Shown here piece after piece: positions 26,570 to 39,340 of a stretch of 64,000 nucleotides of DNA. The stretch's first letter is position 1, and every line of letters starts with the position of its first letter. This DNA is from Eledone cirrhosa (taxonomy: Eukaryota), in assembly GCA_964016885.1 (NCBI GenBank), contig OZ024740.1, positions 339,326,001-339,390,000 of the forward strand, read 5' to 3'. The notes beneath the pieces were generated by a model, which was given only the letters and a program-made list of their open reading frames with translations, had not been told where the DNA came from and made no database searches. A program made the translations under genes and the position numbers.

Positions 26570-27499
26570 GGTGGTAGAGGAGGAGGACTGCATAGCATTA
26601 ATAAAATAAGTAGATATTTTTAAAAATAGCATACTGACAGTGAAAACACTATGTACTACAAAGTAAAGGAATGGACCTTGATTGCTGAAGATGGGAACCC
26701 CATGTGTATGCAGTTTTTGTGTTCATTCATTACTTTTCATTGTTTGATGTCATTATCCTTGTACTCTTCTTACTACCTTTGTGCTATTTCTTTAATATCT
26801 TGTGTATGTGTGCATACCTATTGGACTTTGACTATGTCGGAGCACTACCTTCATTGGTTTTTAGTCAAAATTATACATCGAGCCCAGTCCTCTGTTTAAT
26901 ACTTATTTCTTCATTCTAGATAGATGCAAAGTCTTTGGCATAAAGTAATATAATTTATTTGGACAAGAATACCACAGAATATTTCTGTTCGAATGTATCA
27001 GTTCTAACTTCATGCTGATATAAATACACATATATATATACACACATAACCCAATATATATATATATATGAAGTGTTCACAGTACAGGGATCAGGAAGAC
27101 CTCAAATAAGGGCAGTATTCATTGCATGCTTAGGTACAGAGATGGTATAGAAATTAGTGAAAGTCCAAAGGAGGCTTCTCTCGATCTTGACTTATTTGCT
27201 TCTTTGAGGTTTTATTAATCTCTTCATCTCTCTCTCTCCATTTTGTAAACAAAGTCTGCCTGATGTTTATCTATATATTTACATATACAGTAATTTGATC
27301 AACACTGGCCTGACTTTGTTTATCAAAGACGATTGTGCCAGATTTTTTAATGATTATGTTTAGAAAGTTAAGAAATGTGAATAATGAATAAAAGGTTAAA
27401 CTGATGTTATTCACTTTTGTCTGGGTCGTGTTGTACATAGTCTGATAATATGTAGTTTGAGCTAAATATATGTACACAGGTTGTCTACAAGTGATCATA

Positions 27500-27812
27500 A
27501 TGTATTATTGGTCAACCTGAGAATATGGTAGGAGATGTGCTGTGTAAGGGGTTTGGACCTAGAAACACGTGATTGTGAAGCAAACATCTTAATGGGGTGT
27601 GGTGGCTGTTGCACCGGGTGTCGCTGGCTTTTGTCTGCAGAAAGACCTTTGCAATTTTGTCCATGGGGCACAGCTGAAACACCTCACCAATCTGACTGGA
27701 GCAATATGGAATAAAGTGTCTTCTCAAGGACACAGCGCGCCACTGAGAATCGATCTCACAACCTCATGATTATGAGCAGCATACCTTAACCACAAAGCCA
27801 TGCATCTTCATA
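27500..27812 (-). mobile_element. tRNA-derived SINE family B (CORE-like gtccttgagcaagacacttt domain)
   Basis: Reverse complement of ggctttgtggttaagg..gaggttgtgagatcgattc..tgtgtccttgagaagacactttattcc. Confidence 0.75.
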
Positions 27813-27992
27813 CAATGACAGTATTACCATCAGATATAAAACAAACATTGATAGTCACCAATATATGACAATATGACAGAAAGTTACTGAAATGCCTTAT
27901 GTAAATAGAATCACATTACAGAAAATATTGGCTAACTGAAAATGTTATTTATCATTCACACACGTGCACATACATATATAAACATACATTAG

Positions 27993-28179
27993 CCCTTTAG
28001 CATTTACATTACTCTATATTTACTATTATATTTTCACAGTAAAGGCTTTACCTCATATATTTATCCCACATAGTATCGAATCTACGAGATTTTGATATTA
28101 TTTATTTTGAAAACAATACCTTAACATAAGTATGAGCAACCGATTCTTGACGGGTATGGCTGGTTTAAATGCTAGAGGG
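27993..28179. mobile_element. piggyBac-type MITE family 2
   Basis: TIRs ccctttagcattta / taaatgctagaggg, flanked by ttag/ttaa. Homologous to 52277-52483. Confidence 0.8.
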
Positions 28180-28724
28180 TTAAACAGTAAACATGTGTAC
28201 TAGTTGTTTGCGTATTGATCTCACAATCATAAGGTTGTGAGTTTGATTCATAGCCTGGGCAGTGTGTTGCGTTCTTGATGAAAATACTTTGATTTATGTT
28301 GCTCTGTCTGCCAGGAGTTGCGACAGGCAAATAGTATCAGTAATGAAAAGACCAATAGAAACATTGTTTGCTTAAGTCTGATCTTTCGTTTCCTTTTTAA
28401 ACAGTACACGTCTCATGTATATTTTAGATTCATATTCAATTTCTCACCAGTCTTTTGTTTCATTTGGTTTACGTATATATATATATACATCAATGAACAA
28501 GCAAATAAACAATAGCAATAAAAAGAGTCAGATCTTTTACTGGTTTTGATCAATTCAAGAATACACATGGTTTGATGTTAGGCCTCTGTTGGTTCCAATA
28601 TCAAGTGTTGTTCAAATGTTCAAACAATGGAACAGCCTTCTCATGAAATTAACTTGCAAGTGACTGAGCATTATACAGATATATGCATCATTAATGTAGG
28701 TCTCAGGGAGAGTCAGCATGACAC

Positions 28725-30497
28725 ATCATCATCATCATCATCATCACCGTTTTACGTCCGTTCTTCCACGCTAGCATGGGTTAGACGGGTTGTCCTGTTG
28801 TGGGCAGTGTCTGGTCGGCTGACCATGCCTTGCTCATACAGGAACTGATCTGGCTTGATTTCTACAGCTGGATGCCCTTCCTAACACCAACCTCATTTAC
28901 AGTGAGTGCTGGGTGCTTTTTCGTGGCGCCTACACGTCCACTTTACAGTGTGGGCTGGGTGCTTTTTTGCCGTGGCACCTCCACGACCACCTTGCGGTGG
29001 GGGGGGGGGCATATTGTTTATATGCTTCAGCATGTACCCATGGGAGGTCGGGTACCCTGTATTACTGCGTGACGCCAGAAGTCACGGTCGTGTGTCATTG
29101 ACTTTGAGAGGTGTAGTTGGGTAAGGTCGGCTTTTATCACCTCATCCCAAGTCATCTTGGGTCTCCCCACTCCGCGGTTTCCATCAACTTCTAGTGCTCT
29201 GCACCTTTTTATGCAGCTGTCATCCTTCATACGCATCACATGTCCATACCAGCGTAACCGCCTCTCCTGCACGCAGCATTTGATTCCTCTTATGCTCAGT
29301 CTCTCTCTCAATTCATTTATGCTTTGTCGTTCACGTATATTACTGTTACACATCCATCGGAGCATGCAGGCTTCGTTTCTCTCTAATCTACGTAAGTCTT
29401 CCACCTTCAGCGCCCAGGTCTCACTACCATGCAACATCGCTGTTCGGATACACGCATCATACAGTCTGCCTTTCATTCTGAGGGAGAAGCCTTTTGCAGC
29501 TAGCAGTGGTAGTAGTTCCCTAAACTTCTTCCATCCCGTTCTTACCCTAGTTATTGTACTTTCTGAGCACCCACCTCCGTTGCTAATTCGGTCACCTAGG
29601 TAGCAGAAGCTGTCTACTGTTTCTACAGGGCCCTCCCAGAGATTGGTGGTACTTGTTTCCTGTGGCTGTTTGCTTGCTGTTTCAGCACAGCTGCTGCATG
29701 TGAATCCTACATTCTTAATTAAGCTTCCTGAGATCCCGCTACATCTCTTGTGTACCCATTGTTTGCATTTGGGGCAAAGAATGGAGTTCCTACCTACACC
29801 TTTCCTACATACTGAGCAAGGCCATTTCCCTGAGGGGATCTGGGTTCTGTTTTCTCGTCTACTTATAAGGACCTTAGTCTTTGTCATGTTGACTTTGAGG
29901 CCCTTTCTCTCTAGTCCCTGCTTCCAGGTTTGGAATTTATTCTCTAGTTCTACCATAGATTCAGCTATGAGTGTGAGGTCATCAGCATACAGGAGTTCCC
30001 ATGGGCATCCGGTCTTAAACTCCTCCGTTATTGCCTGCAGGACTATGATGAACAGGAGAGGGCTAAGAACAGAGCCCTGGTGGACCCCAACCTGTACGCT
30101 AAATTCCTCGCTATACTCATTGCCAATCCTAACTTTGCTGACTGCTCCCCTATACATGGCTTGTACCGCTTTCACAAGCCATTCATCTACTCCTAGTTTT
30201 CTAAGAGCCCACCAGATTACTGCACGTGGAACTCTGTCAAAGGCTTTCTCAAGGCCGACAAATGCCAAGTAGAGTGGCTTACTTTTAGCTAGGTACTTTT
30301 CCTGTAATTGCCTCACAAGGAAGAGCGCATCAGTGGTGCCTTTCCCTGGAACAAACCCAAATTGCATCTCGTCTATATTCACCCGGTCCCTAATCAGCTG
30401 TGCTATAACTCTTTCTGTTACTTTCATGACCTGGTCCATCAACTTTATACCTCTATAGTTTCCTCTATCTAGTGCATCGCCTTTACCTTTGTAGCAG
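28725..30497 (-). mobile_element. 5'-truncated RTE-clade LINE (ORF2 3' part, 3'UTR, (GAT)n tail)
   Basis: Uninterrupted RT ORF plus a 3'UTR shared with many local copies. Inserted into a family-B SINE. Confidence 0.97.
29027..30496 (-). CDS. RTE ORF2 reverse transcriptase (truncated; motif-A Asp mutated) with embedded PHD-type finger
   Basis: YKGKGD...NYRGIKL, QFGF, AFVGLEKAFD, GVHQGSVLSPLLF, LLYADDL, FCYLG, RLRWYGHV, GRPK.TW. The first ~14 ORF codons are flank-derived. Confidence 0.93.
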   Translation of the reverse strand, partial: CYKGKGDALDRGNYRGIKLMDQVMKVTERVIAQLIRDRVNIDEMQFGFVPGKGTTDALFLVRQLQEKYLAKSKPLYLAFVGLEKAFDRVPRAVIWWALRKLGVDEWLVKAVQAMYRGAVSKVRIGNEYSEEFSVQVGVHQGSVLSPLLFIIVLQAITEEFKTGCPWELLYADDLTLIAESMVELENKFQTWKQGLERKGLKVNMTKTKVLISRRENRTQIPSGKWPCSVCRKGVGRNSILCPKCKQWVHKRCSGISGSLIKNVGFTCSSCAETASKQPQETSTTNLWEGPVETVDSFCYLGDRISNGGGCSESTITRVRTGWKKFRELLPLLAAKGFSLRMKGRLYDACIRTAMLHGSETWALKVEDLRRLERNEACMLRWMCNSNIRERQSINELRERLSIRGIKCCVQERRLRWYGHVMRMKDDSCIKRCRALEVDGNRGVGRPKMTWDEVIKADLTQLHLSKSMTHDRDFWRHAVIQGTRPPMGTC

Positions 30498-30566
30498 TAT
30501 GAGTGACAATGCTGGCCATTTGAATGACAGGTGCAACTCATATTTTTCCAGCTGAGTGGACTATAG

Positions 30567-31095
30567 CAGCAGTTACCAAACTTTTTGCGTCATGGACTAG
30601 TGCAGTCATGCGCAACCTGTCACCCGCAAAGCTTTCTGAATGGCTCACCTCAGTCACCGAAGTGAAATCTTTCTGATTTTTTTACCCCAACTTTTCTGTC
30701 AGAATTTATCTTTCTATCATTTTTACAAACGAATTCTGAAGAAACGAATCAAAACAACCTGAGTTACCGCCCCTTTTTTTCAATGTGGACATGAATGTAA
30801 ATTAGTGCTTGTGGCCCGCTTCTCGAAAAAGGTTGCCCATGCCTGGACTAGTGTCATGCAAGACAAATTCTCTATGGACTGTTGGGTCAGTGTTGGTCAC
30901 GTGCATAACAAAACACAATAAACAATAAAGTGCATATTATATAATTTTATTAATTTTATTATTATATTCATGTTCTAAATGTGACTCAGTTCAACATATA
31001 ATGGAAAAAAAAAGTTTTTACTCCTTCTGTGCAGTCTGGTACCAAATGGTTCATATTCTGGTACCAGTCTGCAACCCAGTGTTTGGGGACCACTG
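30567..31095. mobile_element. hAT (Charlie-like) MITE, outer
   Basis: TIRs cagcagttaccaaac / gtttggggaccactg. 8-bp TSD gactatag / aactatag. Confidence 0.85.
30603..30845. mobile_element. hAT MITE, inner (nested)
   Basis: TIRs cagtcatgcgcaacc / ggttgcccatgcctg (13/15). Perfect 8-bp TSD gactagtg at 30595-30602 and 30846-30853. Confidence 0.92.
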
Positions 31096-32251
31096 AACTA
31101 TAGGGTAAAGTGAAATAAAGTATTTTGCTCAAGAACATAATGTATTGCTGGGTATTGAACTCACAAGCTTATATTTGTGAGCTAAACAAAACCACTAAGC
31201 CATGCACCTTCACACAGGCCTGGGTACGTACACTCATATACATAAACATACATGCATACACATACATGCACACTAAGTGATTTATTTCCTGGCCAATGTC
31301 GAGTATGCTTCTAGTCTGATAGAAAACTATTGAAATCACTTATGTAAATAAAATTACATTACATAATACATTGGCTAACTGAACATTTTAATTATCATTG
31401 CTGTGTTTATTTATTTAGTTATCTATCTATTTATTTATAAGGAATATATTGAAAATATTTCAAGTAGATTATATTTCATAATTTGTATCAAATTTTTATC
31501 ATCGTCCAATATTTATATGTATCTGGTTTTCTAAATATTGCTCCTTCTATTTTAGTTTATATCTAAACCAATACCAAATAGTCCCGCTCTCAAGAAAAAC
31601 TTATATGTCTTGCAATCAATTTTAGTCGCAATACTATATAGTTGCTGCTGTATTATTGAATTACAAATTTTCTTTAACTCTTCAGACAATTTTATATACT
31701 ATATATGCTGCAGTGTAGAGCTGCAGTTTCTTTACTTAATAATATTGATGCACTTTTTTGATATACCACATACTAGTGTTAAGAAGTTCATGTGTGTGTG
31801 CATATATATATATATATAATATATCATCATCACCTTTTAACGTCCATTTTTTCATGCTAGCATAAATTAGATGAGTTATCCTGTTGTGAGAAGTGTCAGA
31901 TCAGGTGACCATGTCTTGCTCCTACAGAACTAATTCTGGCTTGGTTTCTACAGTTGGATGCCCTTCCTCATGCCAACAACATTTACAGTGAGTACTGGGC
32001 GTTTTTGTTGTGACACCTACATGACCACTTTTCAGTGTGGGCTGGAGGCTTCACTAGATGTAAGCTTCAGCATGTCCTCATGAAAGATGTATGGAAGGGC
32101 GGAGTGGAGGTGGAGGGTGATGTATACTATATTTATGTTTCAGCTTCAACTTGTGCCCATGGGAAAGGCAGGTCGTCCGCATTACTGCATATATATATAT
32201 ATAGGTGAGTGGTTGTTGGTATGTATATGAGTGTATGTGTATATATATATA

Positions 32252-32542
32252 TGGCTTAGTGGTTAGAGCATTGGCCCTGCAATCGAAAGGTTGTGAGTTC
32301 AATTCTCAGACCGGGTGATGTGTTGTTTCCTTGAGCAAGACACTTTATTTCACATTGCTTCAGTTTACTCAGCGGTAGAAATGAGATGATAGGGACTGGA
32401 GTCCCTATCATTCACTGCAAAGTGGTCGCTGTAATGAGGTTTGTGTTAGGAAGGGCATCCAGCTGGAGAAATCAAGCCAGGATCAGTTCCCATCCCACCC
32501 TTGCAAGCAGGGAAAAGCGGGCGTAAAATGATGATGATGATA
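32252..32542 (+). mobile_element. SINE family B with RTE-like 3' tail and (GAT)n
   Basis: tggcttagtggttagagc (A box), gagttcaattc (B box), ccttgagcaagacactttatttcac, then gttaggaagggcatccagct...gatgatgat. Confidence 0.85.
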
Positions 32543-33700
32543 TAATGTGCGCATTCCTATGCAAATGACCATAATAATGGTCAAACACTATAAATAATAG
32601 TTGAGAAAATCAGGTAAAGTGGACGTAGGTGCCTTCGAAGAATCAAACCCATCATCTCTCAGATGCTGGCCGAGTGCATTAGCCACCATGTGAAAGAATT
32701 GCTTGCCATCAATTCCATGTTTATAGAAGATTTAAAGCCTGTAGCTGTAAATTTAAAGCCATTGACTTAGGAAGCATTGGAAAAATTTGAAATTTCTAAT
32801 TTTCGCAATGCTTCTTCATTCAATCACTTTGATAATACACACGCACAGAGAGAGACACATGTATTTATACACACTCTCACTAAGCATACTCTATATAAAC
32901 TTAGCATACATGTTTTATGTTTTTTTAGTTTCAATCATGAAGCTTCAAAATATATATGTATATTATGTATATATATGTATGTGCATATAATCTATATATC
33001 TCCCTCCTTCCCCCTCTCTCTTTTCCTCTCTCTATTTCATATATATACCATAATTGAAAATAGATATAAACCATTGATGATATATATATATATATACGCA
33101 CTTAGTTATATATCTATATATAGATATATACATATATATATATACATGCATACATGTACATTTATATATTTATGCATACATATATACATGCATACATGTA
33201 TATTTATATATTTATGCATATATATCATCATCGTTTTTATGTCCGTATATGTGTGTGTATATATATACACGTACATACACACTCATTTCTTTCTAAAGCA
33301 CTTCAATCAAGTGTTCTATTCTTGAATCTAACAGAAGTGAATAAGAATTCCATTCTAAAACCAAAATTCAATTCTTTAATTGAAAGTTTGATTATGTAGA
33401 GTTAGGAATTTCAGAAGAAAGACACAGAAATAACAAGATTTCCCATGGAACTCCCTGCTATTTCTAATGTCTTCGGTTCTATAGTTTTTTTAGACATGAT
33501 CAATTTAAGAAATTAATAATTCTATTGAATTAATTAATTTTGAGAGAAAAGGGAGCACATTATTTTTTGTTTTATTTGAGAGGATTTTTATCTTTTAGTT
33601 TTGTGGAGGGAACAAGAATAATTAATTGCTAGATAAACCCATGTTGACAGCCTCACAGACATAAACTATGCATGCATGCACACATATTCACACACACACG

Positions 33701-33742
<42 letters not shown>

Positions 33743-35223
33743 ATATCATATATGTATATAAATCATATCATATCATATATATATATAACCTTCTATACAA
33801 ACTATCAAAGCGCTGGGTAATATAAAATTTGTTTAAAAAATGTAGAAATACCAAATGCAGAAAATAACTGTTGCAACAGTCAATTGTTATACATAATAGC
33901 TTAGAAAATTGGTTAAAATTCCCCTATGGAAAGAAAACAGTGGCCAGCAACATGTGTACATAGCACATTCAAACTTCGAAGTCACTGCCAGTTTTTCCTT
34001 AGGGAAATATATATATATATAAGAGAGTATTGAAGTTTGCTTGAAGCATTGTGGAATAATAAGGTATATTTCTTTAGGTCGTTTTGGAAGCCTCAACAAT
34101 GCAGATGGGTAAATATATATATATCTTAGTGTATTTGTGTTATAAATAATGAGAATAGTGTTAAGCATATTTACTTTTTGGAGTCCAGGATTGATATGCC
34201 ATATATGCCAGGCTTACTGCATATATGAGCAATCACACAAACTGGGAAATTTGTGTTTCGTTAAATTAATAATTTGCATAAGACAAACCCTATCGTTCAT
34301 GTTGATTACTGATACACAGAAGTAATTAAAAATAAGAATATTTTAATAACTTATTTCTAGGATATAATTACATAAATGTTCAGCACATATGTACAAATAA
34401 CATACAGGATTAAATGTATGAGGAACCTTGGAGAAATAGCTATTTACAGGGACAAACATAGAGTTAGAACCTAGGAATGTGTGAATGGAAGGTGAACTTA
34501 TTGTAAGAAAATGACTAAGATAGGAAATATATTGTGTGTATGTATGTTGTTTTTGTATATAAACTTTAAAGTATTACATAGATATATATGAATAAATATA
34601 CAAACACAGCTTATTATTTTGGCTGATATATATCAGTTAGATCTGCCATACACATTCGTGATAAAGATGCAGATAAATGGATGTCCTTTGATTTATAGGT
34701 TTCCATGATGAGTGTTCCAGTTGTTCGATCAGCTGCACACAAACACATGCACACACTAACACACACATTCACTCACACACACACACTCTCTCTCTCCCTC
34801 GCTCTCTCCTCATACAAACACACCATTTACATCATATGATTTTCTGTAGTTTATAGTACAGTAAATGGTCTCCAGTGAATTTCGATGATGAATATTCCAG
34901 TTGTTCTGTGAATAGAAATGCCTACTTGTTAAATTGTATGAGTTGGTATCTAGAAGGGCATCCTACCAAAGAAAACTTACTGCAAAATATCTGGTCTAAC
35001 TCCTGCCAGCATGGAAAACAGGATGAGATGATGATAATGATAATGATGATGATACTGGTGTTGGTGATATGAAGAACATTTACACACTAGTACTTATATA
35101 CATAGACTATACATAACTATTGCACATGAATATATTTGGCTCCACTCTATGCACTTTTGTATCCCTAATATCATTTCTTCGTACAGGAAAAAATACAGTC
35201 AGATACTTTTTGACAGACCTCTC

Positions 35224-35273
<50 letters not shown>

Positions 35274-35279
<6 letters not shown>

Positions 35280-35946
35280 TATGTATACGTACATACATAT
35301 ATGTATACAGACGTATAGTAGTATGTATATACATACATACATGCACACATATATATATGTACGTATGGGTTTACCGAACATTTATTATAATGCTCTGTTT
35401 GTGTGTAAACAAACAGCCCGAATTATTAGCCGTACAGTGTTCAGCAACCATCGTTGCCATTTTGTTCAACACTGACAAAGGAATGATGAACTAGTTTCTA
35501 GCTTATTAGCTGCCATCAGCACTGTATGCCTTCCTGTCAGTCGATTGAACATTTGAAAGTATATACTTTCCTTATGCATATTAACGGCTGAGCAGCCTAA
35601 TTTGCATATCGAGTGAGTTAGTCAGCCGGGCGTACCGAAAACGATAAATGGATAAAAGGAAATTTCATTTCTCACTCTTAGTACGGCTGATATTTAAATA
35701 TAAGTATGGTTGCCAAACATTGTACGGCTAATAATTTGGGCTGTTTGTTTACAAACAAACCGAGCATTATAATAAATGTTCGGTAAACCCATACGTACAT
35801 ATATATATGTGTGCATGTATGTATGTATATACATACGACTGTACGTCTGTATACATATATGTATGTATGTATACATACTTATATTTAAATATTTAAGTAT
35901 CAGCCGTACTAAGAGTGAGAAATGAAATTTCATTTTTTCCATTTAT
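35274..35946. repeat. (TA)n-flanked unit (35274-35698) plus restart plus inverted junction-spanning copy (35706-35946)
   Basis: 35706-35883 is the reverse complement of 35274-35451, and 35884-35946 is the reverse complement of 35644-35698. Confidence 0.92.
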
Positions 35947-38590
35947 ATATATATATAATCAGGATGGATACAGTTAGAAACTAGTTAGACCATTAGTCTG
36001 GAACTAGCTGTTGAAATGGCAAGAGCTCAGCCATGAGGGTCTTGACTCATTCATATATATATAGGAAAGGCATCCAACTGTAGAAAACCTGCCAGACAGT
36101 CCTATGCGAGCAAGACAATCACTCTTGCCTCAAGTGGGAAAACCCCCGTCCAAACCCATGCAAGCGTGGAACACGGACGTTAAACGTTGATGATGATGAT
36201 GATGATGATGATATGAAAAGATTGAGGATCCTGACGGCTGAGCTCTGGTCGTTTCGACAGCTGGTATGGTCCACCTGGTATCATATCACACCCTCTCTGA
36301 TATATATGTATATGTCATAAAACAGGAGAAAATAGCTCAGTATTTGCTATCTCTGAGCTGAATAAACCATTCCTTTAGATTTCTGTCTTAACTTTTAAAT
36401 AAAATGTTCTCTTATTTTTTCAATTTAAGTTTATCAAGTTTTGGTTTATATTTTCACTTAAATTATTTTGATGTGCCACCTCTTGATACTGCCCTTTTTT
36501 CTACAATACGAAACTGTTTATCTTAAGGTACTTATATTTATCCAAACACCTACCATCAGGATTTTATGTAAAAACCTTTGTTAATATACGTTCCAAACTC
36601 TATTGTTTTTCAAATTATTTGAAAACTATAGACAATGTCTTTTATTAAAAATATGGAAATAAAAGGGTTAAATCTTCCCAGTATATGTTTATCAAGGTTT
36701 TGTTATTTTTCTCTTTAATCATAATACTGCATAGATCAGTGGCCACCACATTGAATAGCATCAAAATGATACAAATTAACAAGATACCTACTACATTGTT
36801 GCAGAAGCTGCTAAAAATAGCAGCCAGGTTTCTTTCAAACTACACCATACCATATTAAAACAAGAACACATACGATAATGTAAACCCAGTGTACACTATT
36901 TCTGAAGATGATGGTAGCATGACCATGGTTTTCATCATAGATTTATTTCCTTCATCAGAGTTAACATGGGGTTAAATATGGCATAGGCATAGCTGTATGG
37001 TGAAGAGGTTTACTTTGTAACCATGTGGTTCCAGATTCAACCCAACTGCATGATACCTTGATCAACTCTCCTTTGTATCACAGACTTCAGTTGATCAATA
37101 CAATATATATATATAGAGAGAGAGAGAATTTGGTAAACAGAAACTGTGCAGATATCTCTTCATATATGCACATATACAAATATTACACATTCTCACACAC
37201 ACACTCACATACACATGCCCATATATAAGCATACATATATATTTTTTGGTGCTGTATATCAGTGAATAATATCAATACCAGCAAAGGAAAAAATACTTCA
37301 GCTTCCAAAGTCCCTTGTGGTATTTGTTCTGCTTGAGCTGCACAAGAAATCCTTTATCATTCTCACCATCGTAAATGAAGTAAACCAGTGATTCATCTCT
37401 TGAGAACCTATAACTAACGATGCTATTGTTTACAAAATATGATATAAAATAAGCAACAATAATAATTTTAAAAATCTTGTGTCTTGCAATATGATGTCAC
37501 TTTACAAAAGCAATTCTCCATATAATTTAAATGGCCATTTGCCCCTGATCAAGGAATTTATGTGTTGTTTGTTTAAAATACCCTCTCACATTGACTTATC
37601 CTCTAGAGTTTACTTATATTACTTTCAGGAACATTAATGCTCTTCGGTAAATACACCACACTATCAATATGGCTTCTCAAAATCTCTGAAGTTAGATATC
37701 TGGATTATATTGTCATAAGTATTTGTTTATGAAATACTAAAAATGTAACCTAGCATGAGGCTGAGTAATTTGGCTGTGACAAAATGCTACACTTAATACC
37801 TTCTGTGTATAATATATGTATTGAATCGAGTGTACTGTATTGGAGAATAATGAGGGGGAGTTTTTGGTTTACTCAGAAGAGAAAGAGAATGTCCATGCCC
37901 TTTGCAGAGTCTCCAAGAGCTTCAGGAGAAAATGAGGAGAAACTACATCTCCGTTATTGCCTGTCAAACAGCCTCCATTCACTTTCTATCAGCTCGGTTT
38001 TATTTACAACTCGCTCATTCACTCTGATCAATCGATAAGATCTCAGGCCTCATTTGCTTGATGACTGGGATAAACCTCGTCAAATCAGACCAAAGAAACA
38101 ATGTTAGCTGATACTATCTACCAGTCGCAACTCCTGGCAGGTTATTGTACAAAAAAAAACCTTGACAAAGGTACCAAGTACTGGAATTAAATATGAAACC
38201 AACTGATTGTGACACAATCGTTTTAACCCTAGAGTAATGCCTGCACCCACTTGAAAAACTTGTAGATATTGATGAATCCTCCATTGGTTTTGACAATAAG
38301 CATTTGGCTATTTGATCAACTGAACATGCAAGCAGTTGAGTATGCTACAGGCATGTGTATTCTTAACATAATTCTGGTAGAATCAAAGATGTGACAAGGT
38401 TGCATCTTTCAATTATGAGTACAGTCCATCTAATGGGTTTCCACACAGTTTCTGTTTACCCAATTTTACTCATAAGGCCTTGGTCGACAGAAGGCTATGA
38501 TAAAATTATTTGCTCAAGATGCTGCACAGTGAAATTAAATCTGGGGCATCATGTTTATGAGGTAAACTTTTTAACCATTTGGCCATACTG

Positions 38591-39130
38591 CATCATCATC
38601 ATCATCATCATCACCGTTTTACGTCCGTTCTTCCACGCTAGCATGGGTTAGACGGGTTGTCCTGTTGTGGGCAGTGTCTGGTCGGCTGACCATGCCTTGT
38701 TCATACAGGAACTGATTTGGCTTGATTTATACAGCTGGATGCCCTTCCTAACACCAACCTCATTTACAGTGAGTGCTGGGTGCTTTTTCGTGGCGCCTAC
38801 ACGTCTACTTTACAGTGTGGGCTGGGTGCTTTTTTGCCGTGGCACCTCCACGACCACCTTGCGGTGGGGGGTGTGGGGGCATATTGTCTATATGCTTCAG
38901 CTTGTACCCAAGGGAGGTCGGGTACTCTGTATTACTGTATGACGCCAGAGGTCACGGTCGTGTGTCATTGCCTTTGAGAGGTGTAATTGGGTAAGGTTGG
39001 CTTTTATCACCTCATCCCAGGTCATCTTGGGTCTCCCCACTCCGGTTTCCATCGACTTCTTTCACCTCATCCCAGGTCTTCTTGGGTCTCCCCACTCCGC
39101 GGTTTCCATCGACTTCTAGTGCTCTGCATC
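38591..39130 (-). mobile_element. RTE LINE 3' fragment, close relative of 28725-29205, with ~57-bp internal tandem duplication
   Basis: About 16 substitutions over ~460 bp by eye. tcacctcatcccaggtc..ccatcgacttct is repeated at ~39007 and ~39062. Confidence 0.95.
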
Positions 39131-39147
39131 TACATAATTATTGGTTA

Positions 39148-39340
39148 AGGGCGGTGGATTGGCAGTATCGGTGGAGGGTCGGACGCCATGCTTTCCAGCA
39201 TAGTTACGTCCCTTTACGATCTGAGTTCAAATCCCGCCGAGGTTGACTTTGCCTTTCATCCTTACGGGGTCGATAAAATAAAGTACCAGTAATGCACTGG
39301 GTAATTGCTCGCCTTGTGCCTAAAGTAGAAACAATTATTA
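39148..39340 (+). mobile_element. SINE family A, full-length, CpG-rich (young)
   Basis: A box tggcagtatcgg, B box gagttcaaatcc, core ttgcctttcatccttacggggtcgataaaataaagtacc, (ATT) tail. Confidence 0.92.

Noticed and set aside
29157-30272. + strand ORFs of 148 and 209 aa
   Set aside because: Antisense shadows of the RTE ORF2
39148-39240. tRNA gene (A and B boxes); similarly 32252, 58218 and 32628-32695(-)
   Set aside because: No cloverleaf is evident. The first three continue into SINE body sequence, and the last is a degenerate tRNA-like head.
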